DNA from: Heterodontus francisci
Lineage: Eukaryota
Reading direction: 5' to 3'
DNA: 64,000 nucleotides
Assembly (NCBI RefSeq): GCF_036365525.1
Contig: NW_027140825.1
Location: 930,001 to 994,000 of the forward strand
Shown: positions 40,004 to 53,745 of the stretch, one piece after another
Layout of the letters: each line of letters begins with the position of its first letter
Position numbering within the stretch: position 1 is the stretch's first letter
Made by a program: the position numbers and the translations under genes
The notes under the pieces: model-generated
The model's input: only the letters and a program-made list of their open reading frames with translations
Told to the model about the DNA's origin: nothing
The model's database searches: none

Positions 40004-40445
40004 ATGTATCTGTTCCTGGCTCTGATAATCCTGGTTCAAGGATACAAAGATTATCCTTCAGAACCTTCCTGTCTTCTCCCTGTCTCCCTTCCATTCCCAG
40101 AAGTTCCCTGTTTACTGATCTCCTCCTCTCTCCATCTCTCTCCCAGTTGTCAACTCACAGACTATCCACCAGACTCCCGCCGCAGTCTCCAGGTTTCCCG
40201 AGAAATGAGTGGAACTGAGGTGCACCGTGGAGGGGAGCAGCAGTAACCTCTCCATGTACTGGTACAGACAATACCCGGGGAAGGAGCCGCTGTTGATGTT
40301 TTACTCCAGTACTGTTAACTATGTGGATCCAGAGGGGACAGTGGGCGGTTTCACCGCCGAGAGACCGACTGACTCCCAGTTCAATCTGGAGACCTCCAGC
40401 CTGCGGGAGAATCACTCGGCCGTGTATTTCTGAGCCTGGAGACTT
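40004..40445 (+). pseudogene. TRBV30-like pseudogene V14 (duplicate of V5)
   Basis: Same donor deletion, two stops and CACACTG heptamer (40446-40452). Confidence 0.9.
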
Positions 40446-42133
40446 CACACTGACTCAGAGAATTGGAACAGTTCAATAAAAACCCCAAAGGCAGCAGGAA
40501 ACACCTGTTTTAGATAAAACCAGGCGGTGCTGCGTCCTGTTGGGTGTTTTTATCATTGGGATCATGTTTTCCGCAAGAAGACAGGGTGGATTTAAATAGA
40601 AGGTCGCAGGTTAGAAAGAAGAACAGGGAAATTGCGAAATACACTTAACATGAACACAGAGGTTAAAGTTATGAAGATTAATTTGAACAGTGGGGGATCT
40701 TTGCTCCAGAAAGGAGAAGACTGNNNNNNNNNNNNNNNNNNNNNNNNNNNNNNNNNNNNNNNNNNNNNNNNNNNNNNNNNNNNNNNNNNNNNNNNNNNNN
40801 NNNNNNNNNNNNNNNNNNNNNNNNNNNNNNNNNNNNNNNNNNNNNNNNNNNNNNNNTCACGTGTTTCCTTTCTCCAAAGGGACAGCAGAGTGCACTGTAG
40901 GACCATGATAAACATCAGAGTCTGCAACACACTTTAACAGTGACCTGGGAACACAAGGAGACCATTCATCACCTCGGAAAAACTCCGACCTTCAATGAGA
41001 TCAGGAATGATCAATAACTTCCTGTCGCTCCCTCTCTCCATTGCTCTTTCTCCATCCCTCTCTCCATCCCCCTCTTTCCCCCTCTCGCCATCCCTCTTTC
41101 TCCATCCCCACTCTCCCTCTCTCTCCCTCCCTCTCTCTCCCACTCGCTACAAAGCCGGTGTAAAATGAGAGAATGCCAATTAACATCCCTGTCTTTTACA
41201 TGGGCAGTGACTGCCTCTCTATCTAGCTCGCTAAATCTCTACCTATCTGACTTTCCCTCTATCTCTGTATTTCTCTACCTCTCTATATATCTATCTGTGT
41301 ACCTGACTGTCTATCTGTCTATCTATCTATCTCTCTACCTGATTATCTATCGCTCTTTCTCGCTATCTATCTAACTCTATCTTTAGCTGATTACAGTTTG
41401 TATGAACTGATGAAACATACTGTAATAATGTAATGAATGACCATCTTTTCAGAGATTTTCTATATATTGACCAGTCGATGATGTGGTTTGTCATCAATTA
41501 TCTATCAAAATCCTCTATGATCTTCAATGTCTGTATCACATCTACCATTAACCTTCTGTGCTGCAAGTAGAGAAACCCCCACATTCTCCAGTCTCTCCAC
41601 AGTAACTGAAGTCCCTCATCCCTGGCACCAGTCTGGTTAATATCCCTCTCACCTTCACTGCACAGAGGGGAACAACCCCCAATGCACAGGGACTCAATAC
41701 ATCCGGTGATGAAACACAGAGACAGAGAGGGTGAATCAGGGAGACATAGAGAGGAAAAACTCAGCGTAAATGAACGGGACAGAGGGAGACAGAGAGAGAA
41801 CGACACACACACACACACACAGATACAGAGTGAGAAAGAGATTGAAAGAGTTGGAGACATAAAGCTCGATACATGCAGAGAGAGAGAGAGAGAGAGAGAT
41901 AGAAACAAAGAGTAAGAAAGAGAGAGGAAGGCGGATTGAGATAGATAGAGAGAGAGACGTTGTCAACCTACTCCACTCTAACTTGTTGACCTGGGCGTCA
42001 CCATCTCTGCATCACTTCCTAATGCTCTCCCTGTTCCTCCCAATGATTTGCAAAGAGTGGGTTGGTTATTGACAACACTCATCACTCCTGCTCTCTCCCC
42101 TTTGCTGATTCAGAGGGCAGCTTAAAGTAAAAG

Positions 42134-42606
42134 ATGTATCTGTTACTGACTCTGATCACCCTGTTTCACCGTAAGGGATTATATTGAAACAATAATTCTA
42201 CTTAACATTTCTTTCGTTGTATTTATTTTTGATTCTCTCTCTCTCTTCTCTCTCCCCAAGGCACTGAATTTCCCTGTTTACTGATCTCTCTGTCTCTTTC
42301 CCAGATGTGAACTCACAGACTATCCACCAGACTCCCACCGCTGTCTCTAAATTGCCTGGTGAGAGAGTGGAACTGAAGTGCACTGTGCAGGGCAGCAGCA
42401 CCAGTATCCTATACATGTACTGGTACAGACAATACCCGGGGAAGGAGCCGCAGATGATGTTTTACTCTATCGCTGCACAAAACGTGAAATCAGAGGGGAT
42501 GGTGGACGGTTTCACCGCCGAGAGACCGAGTAACTTCGACTTCAACCTGGAGTCCTCCAGCCTGCGGGAGGATCACTCGGCCGTGTATTTCTGTGCCTGG
42601 AGTCTT
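42134..42606 (+). CDS. TRBV: TRBV30-like V15 (leader 42134-42170, V exon 42305-42606), apparently functional
   Basis: GTAAGG donor, open frame to YFCAWSL. Consensus RSS 42607-42645. Confidence 0.9.
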
Positions 42607-42721
42607 CACAGTGACTCAGAGAGATGGAGCAGTTCAACAAAAACCCCAAAGGCAGCAGGAAACACCTGTGGACTTTAAAACTGCTCGGAGCCGAGAACTT
42701 CTTTCGTTTAGCAGAGCGAAA

Positions 42722-44351
42722 GAATACTGAGATTCAGACTACTCGGCTAGATGGGATTGAGGTTCACAAGGAGGAGGTGTTAGCAATTTTGGAAAGTGTG
42801 AAAATAGATAAGTCCCCTGGGCCAGATGGGATTTATCCTAGGATTCTCTGGGAAGCCAGGGAGGAGATTGCAGAGACTTTGTCCTTGATCTTTATGTCAG
42901 CATTGTCGACAGGAATAGTGCTGGAAGACTGGAGGATAGCAAATGTTGTCCCCTTATTCAAGAAGGGGAGTAGAGACAGCCCTGGTAATTATAGACCTGT
43001 GAGCCTTACTTCGGTTGTGGGTAAAATGTTGGAAAAGGTTACAAGAGACAGGATTTGTAATCATCTTGAAAAGAATAAGTTCATTAGAGATAGTCAGCAC
43101 GGTTTTGTGACGGGTAAGTCGTGCCTCACAAACCTTATTGAGTTTTTCGAGAAGGTGACCAAACAGGTGGATGAGGGTAAAGCCGTGGATGTGGTCTATA
43201 TGGATTTCAGTAAGGCGTTTGATAAGGTTCCCCACGGTAGGCTATTGCAGAAAATACGGAAGTATGGGGTTGAAGGTGATTTAGAGCTTTGGATCAGAAA
43301 TTGGCAAGCTGAAAGAAGACAGAGTGTGGTGGTGAATGGCAAATGTTCATCCTGGAGTTTAGTTACTAGTGGTGTACCGCAAGGATCTGTTTTGGGGCCA
43401 CTGCTGTTTGTCATTTTTATAAATGACCTGGAAGAGGGTGTAGAAGGGTGGGTTAGTAAATTTGCAGATGACACTAAGGTCGGTGGAGTTGTGGATAGTG
43501 CCGAAGGATGTTGTAGGGTACAGCGGGACATAGATAGGCTGCAGAGCTGGGCTGAGAGATGGCAAATGGAGTTTAATGCGGAAAAGTGCGAGGTGATTCA
43601 CTTTGGAAGGAGTAACAGGAATGCAGAGTACTGGGCTAATGGGAAGATTCTTGGTAGTGTAGATGAACAAAGAGATCTTGGTGTCCAGGTGCATAAATCC
43701 CTGAAGGTTGCTACCCAGGTTAATAGGGCTGTTAAGAAGGCATATGGTGTGTTAGCTTTTATTAGTAGGGGGATCGAGTTTCGGAGCCACGAGGTCATGC
43801 TGCAGCTGTACAAAACTCTGGTGAGACTGCACCTGGAGTATTGCGTGCAGTTCTGGTCACCGCATTATAGGAAGGATGTGGAAGCTATGGAAAGGGTGCA
43901 GAGGAGATTTACTAGGATGTTGCCTGGTCTGGAGGGAAGGTCTTACGAGGAAATGTTGAGTGACTTGAGGTTGTTTTCGTTGGAGAGAAGGAGGAGGAGA
44001 GGTGACTTAATAGAGACATATAAGATAATCAGAGGGTTGGATAGGGTGGATAGTGAGAGTCTTTTCCCTCGGATGGTGATGGCAAACACGAGGGGACATA
44101 GCTTTAAGTTGAGGGGTGATAGATATAGGACAGATGTCAGAGGTAGTTTCTTTACTCAGAGAGTAGTAGGGGCGTGGAACGTCCTGCCTGCAGCAGTGGT
44201 AGACTCGCCAACTTTAAGGGCATTTAAGTGGTCATTGGATAGACATATGGATGAAAATGGAATAGTGTAGGTCAGATGGTTTCACAGGTCGGTGCAACAT
44301 CGAGGGCCGAAGGGCCTGTACTGCGCTGTAATGTTCTAATTCTAATTCTAA
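42722..44351 (+). mobile_element. 5'-truncated CR1 LINE with uninterrupted RT frame and (TTCTAA)3 tail
   Basis: Frame open to the stop at 44270 with YMDFSKAFD, GVPQGSVLGP and FADD. No endonuclease domain. Confidence 0.95.
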
Positions 44352-44469
44352 TAACAAAAACACCAAAGGCAGCAGGAAAGATTTGTAAAGAGTGGATTTG
44401 GAACCTCACAAGACTCTAAGCTCCTACTGTCACTCCTGTGTCTATGAAGAGAACAAGTTACAGTGAAAG

Positions 44470-44925
44470 ATGTATCAGTTACTGGGTCTGATAATCCTGT
44501 TTCATTGTAAGTGAGTGTGAAATACAAAGATTATCATTAATAACTTTCCTCTCCTCTCCCTGTCTTCCTTTCATTCAGAGATGCTCCCTGTTTACTGATC
44601 TCCTCCTCTCTCCATCTCTCTCCCAGATGTGAACTCACAGACTATCCACCAGACTCCTGCCGCTGTCTCTAGATTTCCCGGGAAAGGAGTGGAACTGAGG
44701 TGCACTGTCAAGGGGAGCAGCAGTAGCATCTCCATGTACTGGTACAGACAACACCCGGGGAAGGAGCCGCTGTTGATGTTTTACTCCAGTACTGCTCACT
44801 ATGTGGATCCAGAGGGGACGGGGAAAGGTTTTACCGCCGAGAAACTGAATAAATACGAGTTCAAACTGGAGTCCTCCAGCCTGCGTGAGAATCACTCGGC
44901 CGTGTATTTCTGTGCCTGGAGTCTT
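44470..44925 (+). pseudogene. TRBV30-like V16: intact ORF but 17-bp RSS spacer (ORF class)
   Basis: Leader 44470-44506, exon from 44627. CACAGTG 44926-44932, 17 bp, ACAAAAACC 44950-44958. Confidence 0.8.
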
Positions 44926-46719
44926 CACAGTGAGAGATGGAGCAGTTCAACAAAAACCCCAAAGGCAGCAGGAAACACCTGTTTCAGATAAAACCAGGCG
45001 GTGCTGCGTCCTGTTGGTTGTTTTTGGCATTGGAAAAGTGTTTTTCACAAGAAGACAGGGCGGATTTAAACAGAAAGTGAGAGGTTAGATACAGAAGCAC
45101 AGGGGAAGTGTGAAATAGACTTTACAGGAATGATATCGGAACAAAGATAGTTTGAACATCTTTGCTCCAGAAAGGAGAAGACTGAAGGGTGAACATTCAT
45201 AGTTCTTAGAAAGATTATAAAAGGGTTTAATGTGTGAAGTGAAGATCAGATAGGTAGGGAGATAGGTCGATAGATAGCTGGCAGGCAGACAGACACTGTT
45301 GTGTTTTATTCACTGACTGTGTTGTCTTTATCCAAAGGGACAGCAGAGGGCGGTGTAGGACCGTGATAAGTATCAGATTATTGATGATGTTTCAACAGGG
45401 ACTTTGAAACTTGTCTATGAACCTCTCCTGATAATTATAGAAATACATCCCGGTTACAGTCTGGTGAACTGAACACAAGGTACCGCAGATGCTGGATGGT
45501 TTAGGTTCTGGGCGCTCTGTCACTATATTGGGGCTCATTGCGTTTCTGGGGTATAAATAAATAAGGATGGAAATACTAATCAGGTCAGACAGCCTCTGTG
45601 GAGAGAGACAAAACATTAACATATCAGGTCGTAGACCTTTCAACAGAACTGGAAGGATTTAGTGATCTATCAGCTTTTAAGCAGCAGAAAGCCAGGGAGA
45701 GGGAGAATGGGAGGAATGCAGGAGAGATTTAATAACAAAACTGAGGCTGGTGCAAGACAAAGGGGATGTTAATGGGTCAAGTAAAGAACAAGAGATGGGT
45801 CTAGAGGAGGTGAAAGTAGCAGAAACACAATTATTACCAACAAACCTCTGCCCATATAAACCGGAGCAGTTGTTAAGATCAGAAATTGTTTAACTCACTG
45901 TTGAGCCCAGAAAGCTGCAAAGTATCCAATTGAAAGATGATGTGCTTTTCTTCGAGTTTCTGTTGAGCTTCACTGGAGCAGAGAAGGAGGTCGAGTACAG
46001 AGAGGTGGGAGTGGGAATGAGAATTAAAAGTATCCGCTAACTAGAATCTCAGGGTCACACTTGCAGCCTGAATGCAGGATGTTCCACAATGCTGTTAGCC
46101 TGTTGCTGTACTTAGTCTCTGCAGCTAGTCCCACTCCCCCTGCCCTTTCTAAATAACACTGCATATTTTCCTTACACATAATTATTCAAATTTCCTTTTG
46201 AAAGCGACGATTGAAACTGCCTCCCCCGCACTCTCAGGTTGTGCATTCCAGATCCTAACCATTCACTGTGTCAAAAGGTTTCCTCAGTTCACCTTTGGAT
46301 CTTCTGCCAATTACCATCAATAAGTGACCTCTGGTTCTCAATCAATCCGGTGATGAAACATAGAGACAGAGAAGGTGAATCAGGGAGACGTCGTGAGGAA
46401 AAGCTCAGTGGAAATGAACGGGACAGAGGGAGACAGAGACAGAAAGATGCACACACACACAAACACACACAGATACACAGAGAGAAAGAGAATGAAAGAG
46501 TTGTAGACATAAAGCTGGATGTATGCAGATAGAGAGAGAGAGACATTGTCAAACTACTCCACTCTGACTTGTTTACCTGGGCGTCACCATCTCTGCATCA
46601 CTTCCTAATGCTCTTCCTGTTCCTCCCAATGATTTGTAAAGAGTGGGTTGGTTATTGACAACACTCATCACTCCTGCTCTCTCCCCTTTGCAGATTCAGA
46701 GGGCAGCTTAAAGTAAAAG

Positions 46720-47194
46720 ATGTATCTGTTACTGACTCTGATCAACCTGTTTCACCGTAAGGCATTTTATTGAAACAATAATTCTACTTAACATTTCTTT
46801 AGGTGATGTTTTTATTTATTTATTTCTCTCTTTCTCTCTCCCCACTGGACTGAATTTCCCTGTTTACTGATCTCCTCCTCTCCCTGTCTCTTTCCCAGAT
46901 GTGAACTCAGAGAATATCCACCAGACTCCCGCCGCTGTCTCCAAATTTTCTGAGGAGCAGGTGAAGTTGAAATGCACCGTGCAGGGCAGCAGTAACCCTG
47001 ACATGTTCTGGTACAGACAATACCCGGGGAAGGAGCCACAGTTTATGTTTTACTCCACAGGTACTGATCACATAAATCCGGAGAAGGCGGTGGACGGTTT
47101 CACCGCCGAGAGACCGACTAGCTCCCAGTTCAATCTGGAGCCCTCCAGCCTGCGGGAGAATCACTCCGCCGTGTATTTCTGTGCCTGGAGAGAT
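46720..47194 (+). CDS. TRBV: TRBV30-like V17 (leader 46720-46756, V exon 46899-47194), apparently functional
   Basis: Open frame to YFCAWRD. Consensus 23-RSS 47195-47233. Confidence 0.9.
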
Positions 47195-48612
47195 CACAGT
47201 GACTCAGAGAGTTGGAGCAGTTCAACAAAAACCCCAAAGGCAGCAGGAAACACCTGTGGAGGGTAAAACTGCCCGAAGCCTCGAATTTCTTTCGTTTTGC
47301 AGAGCGAAAGTGTTTATGATAACAAGAAGAGATGGGTCAGAGTGGTAGTGAGAGATTAGATATACAGGTAGTAGAGAATGTGCAAAGAACAATTGACAAG
47401 GATAACACCAGATCTGAGGTTCTAACGATCAGGAAATATCAACTACAAAAACGACTTGAGTTCTTCTGCATTGACACTGAGTTGTCCTCCTCTGTAGGGT
47501 TAACAGAGGGTGCTCTAGGACCATGAATACACAATGGCCTGGCAAACATTTCATAGGAAAACAGAAAGAGGCAGAGATCATACAGCCCTCGAGCTTCATA
47601 CACATTGACAGGAGAAGCACATTCATCACCTTAGAGAGGGATACACACGCACTCAACGAGAGAGACAAAGAGAGGGAGACCGAGTGTGTGAGAGAGGGAT
47701 AGAACAAGATTGAGAGGAAAACTGACAGAGACAGAGAGACTGAGACAGAGAGACTGGGACTGAGACAGAGAGAGACTGAGAGAGACTGAGAGAGAGAGAC
47801 TGAGAAAGAGAGATTGAGACAGACAGGAGAAGAGAGAGGAGAGCGAGGAGGACAGAGAGGGGGAACAAGAAAGAGAGAGAGGGAGAACAAAAAACACAGA
47901 GGAAGAGACTGAGACAGAGAGACTGAGACAGAGAAACAGTGAGGGAGACTGAGAGAGAGAGACTGAGAGACAGAGAGAGACAGAGAGTGAGAGAGAGACA
48001 GAGAGAGAGAGAGACAGAGACAGAGAGAGAGAGACTGAGAGATAGACAGAGAGAAAGCGACTGAGGGAAAGCGACTGAGACAGAGAGACAGACAGAGGAG
48101 AGAGAGGAGGACAGAGAGGGGGAAGAAGGAAGTGCGAGAGAAAAGCAAAAAAACACAGAGGAAGAGAGTGAGACAGATTGGGAGACAGACACACACACAC
48201 ACAGAATGAGACAGGGAGAGAAAGACAGCAAGCAGTAAAACAGAGGGAGACAGTTAACTAAAGACAGAGCGAGTGAAAAACACACGCACACACATGCACA
48301 GCTTTGTATCCGTGCCCATTCATCTTCCAGCTCATTGAATAAGAATATCCCGTGATCTCAGGATTGTAACTATCAGGAATGAATAACAATAAAAGGACTG
48401 GGGCTGTTATAGACTGACACTGTATATTTTCACCACACGGACAGCTGAGGACGCTCTTGGACCATGTGATGTACAATGGCTTTTGAGAAGGAGTTCACAG
48501 GAAAACTGAAACAGTGGGAGAACATACAGTCCTCCAGGTTGATATACATGACCAGGAGAAGGAAATCCACATCCTTAGAGAGAGAGAAGAGAGAGAGAGA
48601 CACACACACAGC

Positions 48613-48643
<31 letters not shown>

Positions 48644-48976
48644 AGAGAGACCTAATGTGTGTGTATCTGTGAGAGAGAGACTGAAATAAACAGACTGAGA
48701 CATATAGGGAGGCACAGAAGAGAGACAGAGAGGAAGAAAGGAGCATCACAAGTAAAGGACAGGGAGAGACAGAGAGAGAGAGAGAAAGTGGGTCATTGGC
48801 AACCAACTCGATTCTCATTTGTTGATGTGGGAAATGAACGTCACCATCTCTGCATCACTTCCTAATGCTCTCCCTGTTCCTCCCAATGATTTGTAAAGAG
48901 TGGGTTGGTTATTAACAACACTCATCACTCCTGCTCTCTCCCCTTTGCAGATTCAGAAGGCAGCTTCAAGTAAAAG

Positions 48977-49461
48977 ATGTATCTGTTACTGACTCTGATC
49001 ACCCTGTTTCACCGTAAGGAATTTTATTGAAACAATAATTCTACTTAACATTTCTTTAGGATATGGTTTTATTTATTTCGTTCTCTCCTTCTCTCTCTTT
49101 CTCTCTCCCCACTGGACTGAATTTCCCTGTTTATTGATCTCCTCCTCTCCCTGTCTCTTTCCCAGATGTGAACTCACAGACTATCCACCAGACTCCCGCC
49201 TCTGTCTCCAAATTTTCTGAGGAGCAGCTGAAGCTGAAATGCACCGTGGATGGCACCAGTAACCCTTACATGTACTGGTACAGACAATACCCGGGGAAGG
49301 AGCCGCAGCTGATGTTTTACTCCCTAACTGCACAAAGGGAGAACTCAGAGGGGACGGTGGAGGGTTTCACCGCCGAGAGACCGACAGACTCCGAGTTCAA
49401 TCTGGAGTCCTCCAGCCTGCGGGAGAATCACTCGGCCGTGTATTTCTGTGCCTGGAGAGAT
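48977..49461 (+). CDS. TRBV: TRBV30-like V18 (leader 48977-49013, V exon 49166-49461); ORF intact, RSS spacer 21 bp (likely impaired)
   Basis: CACAGTG 49462-49468, 21 bp, ACAAAAACC 49490-49498. Confidence 0.75.
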
Positions 49462-50289
49462 CACAGTGACTCAGAGATGGAGCAGTTCAACAAAAACCCT
49501 AAAGGCAGCAGGAAACACTTGTGGAGGATAAAACTGCTCGGAGCCTCGAACTTCTTTCGTTTTGCAGAGAGAAAGTGTTCATGATAACAAGAAGAGATGG
49601 GTTTGAGTGGTAGTGAGAGATTAGATATACAGGTAGTGGAGAATGTGCAAAGAACAATTAACAAGGATAACACCAGATCTGAGGTGTAACTATCAGGAAG
49701 AATTAACTATAAAACGACTTGAGTTTTACTGCACTGACACTGAGTTTTCTTCCTCTATATGGTTAACAGAGGGTGCTCTAGGACCATGAATACACAATGG
49801 CCTGTAAAACATTTAATAGGAAAACAGAAAGAGGCAGAGGTCATCCAGCCCTCCAGCATCATACACATGGACAGGAGAAGGACATTCATCACCTTAGAGA
49901 GGGATACACACACACAGTGAGAGAGACAAAGAGAGGGAGACCGAGTGTGAGAGAGGGTCAGAACGAGATTTAGAGGAAAACTGACAGAGACAACAGACTG
50001 AANNNNNNNNNNNNNNNNNNNNNNNNNNNNNNNNNNNNNNNNNNNNNNNNNNNNNNNNNNNNNNNNNNNNNNNNNNNNNNNNNNNNNNNNNNNNNNNNNN
50101 NNNNNNNNNNNNNNNNNNNNNNNNNNNNNNNNNTACTGAGAGAGAGAGGCGGACAGAGAGACTGAAACAGAGAGAGTGAGAGAGAGAGAGCCTGAGACAG
50201 AGAGGGGGATAGAGAGACTGAGACAGTGAGAGTGAGGCAGAGAGACTGAGAGAGAGAGAGCGGGACAGAGAGACTGAGATAGAGAGGGG

Positions 50290-50327
<38 letters not shown>

Positions 50328-50514
50328 CAGATTGGCAGCCAATACAATTCTGATTTGTTGACCTGGGGGAATGGGCGTCTCCAACATTGTATCACTTCCT
50401 AATGCTCTTCATGTTCCTCCCAATGATTTGTAAAGAGTGGATTTGGACCTTCACAAGACTCTAAGCTCCTGCTCTCACTCCTGTGTCTATTAAGAGAACA
50501 AGTTGAAGTGAAAG

Positions 50515-50970
50515 ATGTATCAGTTACTGTGTCTGATAATCCTGTTTCATTGTAAGTGAGCATGAAATGCAAAGATTATCGTTAATAACCTTCCTCTCCT
50601 CTCCCTGTCTCCCTTTCATTCCCAGATGCTCCCTGTTTACTGATCTCCTCCTCTCTCCATCTCTCTCCCAGATGTGAACTCACAGACTATCCGCCAGACT
50701 CCCGCCGCTGTCTCCAGATTTCCCAGGAAAGGAGTGGAACTGAGGTGCACTGTGGAGGGGAGCCGCAGTAACTTCAACATGTACTGGTACAGACAAGAGC
50801 CGGGGAAGGAGCCGCTGTTGATGTTTTACTCCAGTATTGCTAACTATGTGGATCCAGAGGGGACGGTGGATGGTTTCACCGCCGAGAGACCGAATGAGTA
50901 CGAGTTCAACCTGGAGTCCTCCAGCCTGTGGGAGAATCACTCGGCCGTGTATTTCTGTACCTGGAGTCTT
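50515..50970 (+). CDS. TRBV: TRBV30-like V19 (leader 50515-50551, V exon 50672-50970), probably functional
   Basis: Open frame to YFCTWSL. RSS 50971-51009 with 23-bp spacer and nonamer AGAAAAACC. Confidence 0.85.
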
Positions 50971-53009
50971 CACAGTGACTCAGAGCGATGGAGCAGTTCA
51001 AGAAAAACCCCAAAGGCAGCAGGAAATACCTGTTTCAGATAAAACCAGGCGGTGCTGCGACCTGTTGGGTGTTTTTATCATTGGGAACATGTTTTTCACA
51101 AGAAGACAGGGCGGATTTAAATAGAAATTGAGTGGTTAGATATTGAAACACAGGGGAATTGTGAAATAGACTTTACAGGAATGATATCAGAACACAGAGG
51201 TTAAAGTTATCAAGAAAGTTTGAACATCGGGGGTTTATTTCTCCAGAAAGGAGGAGACAAGAGTAAACTTTAAGCGGTCTAAGAGAGATTATTAAAGATT
51301 TTAATATCTGAAATGAAGATCAGATAAAAACAGACAGACAGTCAGATAGACAGATAGATGGATACGGTGTGGTTTTATTTCACTGCGTTTTCTTTCTCCA
51401 AAGGGACAGCAGAGTGCGCTGTTGGACCATGATAAACATCAGAGTCTGGAACACAGTTTAACAGTGACCTGGGAACACAAGGAGAACATTTATCACTTCG
51501 AAAACACTCCGCCCTTCAATGAGTTCGTGACTTATCAATAACTTTCTGTCGCTCCCTCTCTCCATCCCTCTCTCTCCATCCCTCTCTTTCCATCCCTCTC
51601 TCTCCATCCCTCTCTCTCCATCTCTCTCGCTCCCTCTCTCTCCATTCCCCACTCTACCACGAGCTACAAAGCCGGCTTAAATGGGAGAATGTGAATTAAC
51701 ATTCCTGTCTTTTACAGGGCAGTGACTGTCTCTCTATGTAGCTCGCTATTTCTCTACTTGTCTGACTTTCCCTCCAACTCTCTATTTCTCTACCTCTCTC
51801 GATATCTATCTATCTCTCTACCTGGTGATCTATCTCTCTGTCTCTCTATCTATCCAACTCTATCTTTGGGTGATTACACTTTGTATGAACTAATTAAACA
51901 TGCTGCACTAATATAATGAATGACCGTCTTTTCCAGGATTTTCTATACATTGACCAGTAGATGATGTGGTTTGTCATCAATTATCTATCAAAATCTTTTA
52001 TCATCTTCAATATCTGTATCACATCTACCATTAACCTTCTCTGCTCTCAGGAGAGAAACCCCCAGCTTCTCCAGTCTCTCCACAGTAATTGAACTCCCTC
52101 ATCCTTGGTACCAGTCTTGTTAATCTCCCTCTAACCTTCACTACACAGAGGCGAACAACCCCCCAATGAACAGGAACTAACTCAGCTCGGAACCCTTAAC
52201 CATCTGAGCGCTGTTTCACACTGTTGAAAGGCGAGATCCCTCTCCAGATAACTTCATCTCTGGGACACCTGCCTCCTGACAGCGAGTTCAGAAGAGCACA
52301 AGTGTCCTTCTTGAATGATGGTACAACATTCGCTGTCCTCCAGTTCTCTGAGACCACTCCTGTGGCCAGAGAGAATTGAAAATTTGTGTCAGAGGCCCTG
52401 AAATCTCCTCCCTTGCCTCATATAACAGCCTGGGATATGTCTCATCCGGGCTGCGGTCTTATCCACTTTTAAGACTGCTAAAACAGCTAATACTCCTCCC
52501 TTTAAAAGCTAATATGTTCAAGTATATCACAACCCCCCTCCCTGATATCTACACCTACATCATCCTTCTCCATAGTGAACATAGTGAAATATGCCGTTCT
52601 TACACGGTGTGGCCGATATGTGCCTCCAGACCAACAGCAATGTTGTTGACTATTAACTGCCCAGCAGGCATTCCCGAAGATGGTTCACCACCACCATCTC
52701 AAGGGCAATAAGGGATGGGCACACTCTCCGGGTATAGAGGGTTGTTTCCCTGAATTCTACTCTATCAAATCCCTTTCTGAAATGTGAACACCTCTATTCA
52801 ATCTCCCCCTATCCCCTTGTGTTGTATCATTCTACAACATTGCTATGTATATTAATGGGGTGCAGCAGAGTGTCGCAGTAAGTGACAGCCAATCACAATG
52901 ACAACCGGATGCTGGGTATTTAATTGGATACAATATAGAAACTGCCTGCAAGTGCGTTGTTGAAAACTCCACACGTTCACACATCGAGTTCGTATCGAAT
53001 GAAGAAATC

Positions 53010-53745
53010 ATGTTGCATGAAGTTCTCAGTCTAATCTTGATGGCTGCACTCTTCCCACGTAAGTCAAAGTCAGAAACTGTGTCGAATAATGTATTGTAAT
53101 GTCAGCAGTGATTCTGTTCCGTAACACTGCTGTGTCAGAGTCTCACTCCAGAACACTTGAGCTCAAAGGCAAAACTAACACCCCAGGTGTCAGGGCTGAG
53201 GGAGTGCTGGACTGTCGCAAAGGCAGTACTGCGGGTGTGCTGCACTTTCGCAGAGGCAGTACTGCGGGTGTGCCGCACTGTCGCAGAGGCCGTCCTGAGG
53301 GAGTTACTACATTGGTTGCAAAGCCCTTTCTGATGCCCTGAGGTCCTGAATGGCGATATATTAATGTAAGCCCTCTCTTTCTTGTAATGCAGCCTCTGCT
53401 CCAATCCATTATTGACTGAAATAATAATCTAATCGATGTTCCGTCCCACAGGAATACTCGCCTCCTATGTGGAACAGTCACCCTCTATCCTATCGCTTTC
53501 CGCAGGAGAGTCGACAACACTCAGATGCACGCTGAAGAATACTGGCTACACATTAATGTACTGGTACAGACAACAAGCAGACAGGGCACTGGAAGCTCTG
53601 TTCTATTCTGCTGGAACAGGGTCTGTCACCAATTACACGTCCGAGTCATTTAAGGCAGACAGAGCCAGCAATACACTGTTTACTTTGGCACTGAAAGACG
53701 CCGCTCCGTCTCACACCGCTGTCTATTTCTGCGCTTGTAGTATCG
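53010..53745 (+). CDS. TRBV: V4-family V20 (leader 53010-53058, V exon 53452-53745), probably functional
   Basis: Open frame. RSS: CACAGTA 53746-53752, 23 bp, GCAAAAACC 53776-53784. Three 33-bp intron units. Confidence 0.88.

Noticed and set aside
42624-44270. 548-aa ORF as an autonomous element or V-RT fusion gene
   Set aside because: It is a 5'-truncated CR1 without endonuclease. The ATG comes by chance from the RSS spacer, in a different frame from V15, and the duplicate copy is disrupted.
3419-50133. N-runs at 3419-3555, 11248-11422, 24815-24942, 40724-40856 and 50003-50133
   Set aside because: Unknown or masked bases. They lie in or beside microsatellite-rich intergenic tracts, and nothing can be called inside them.
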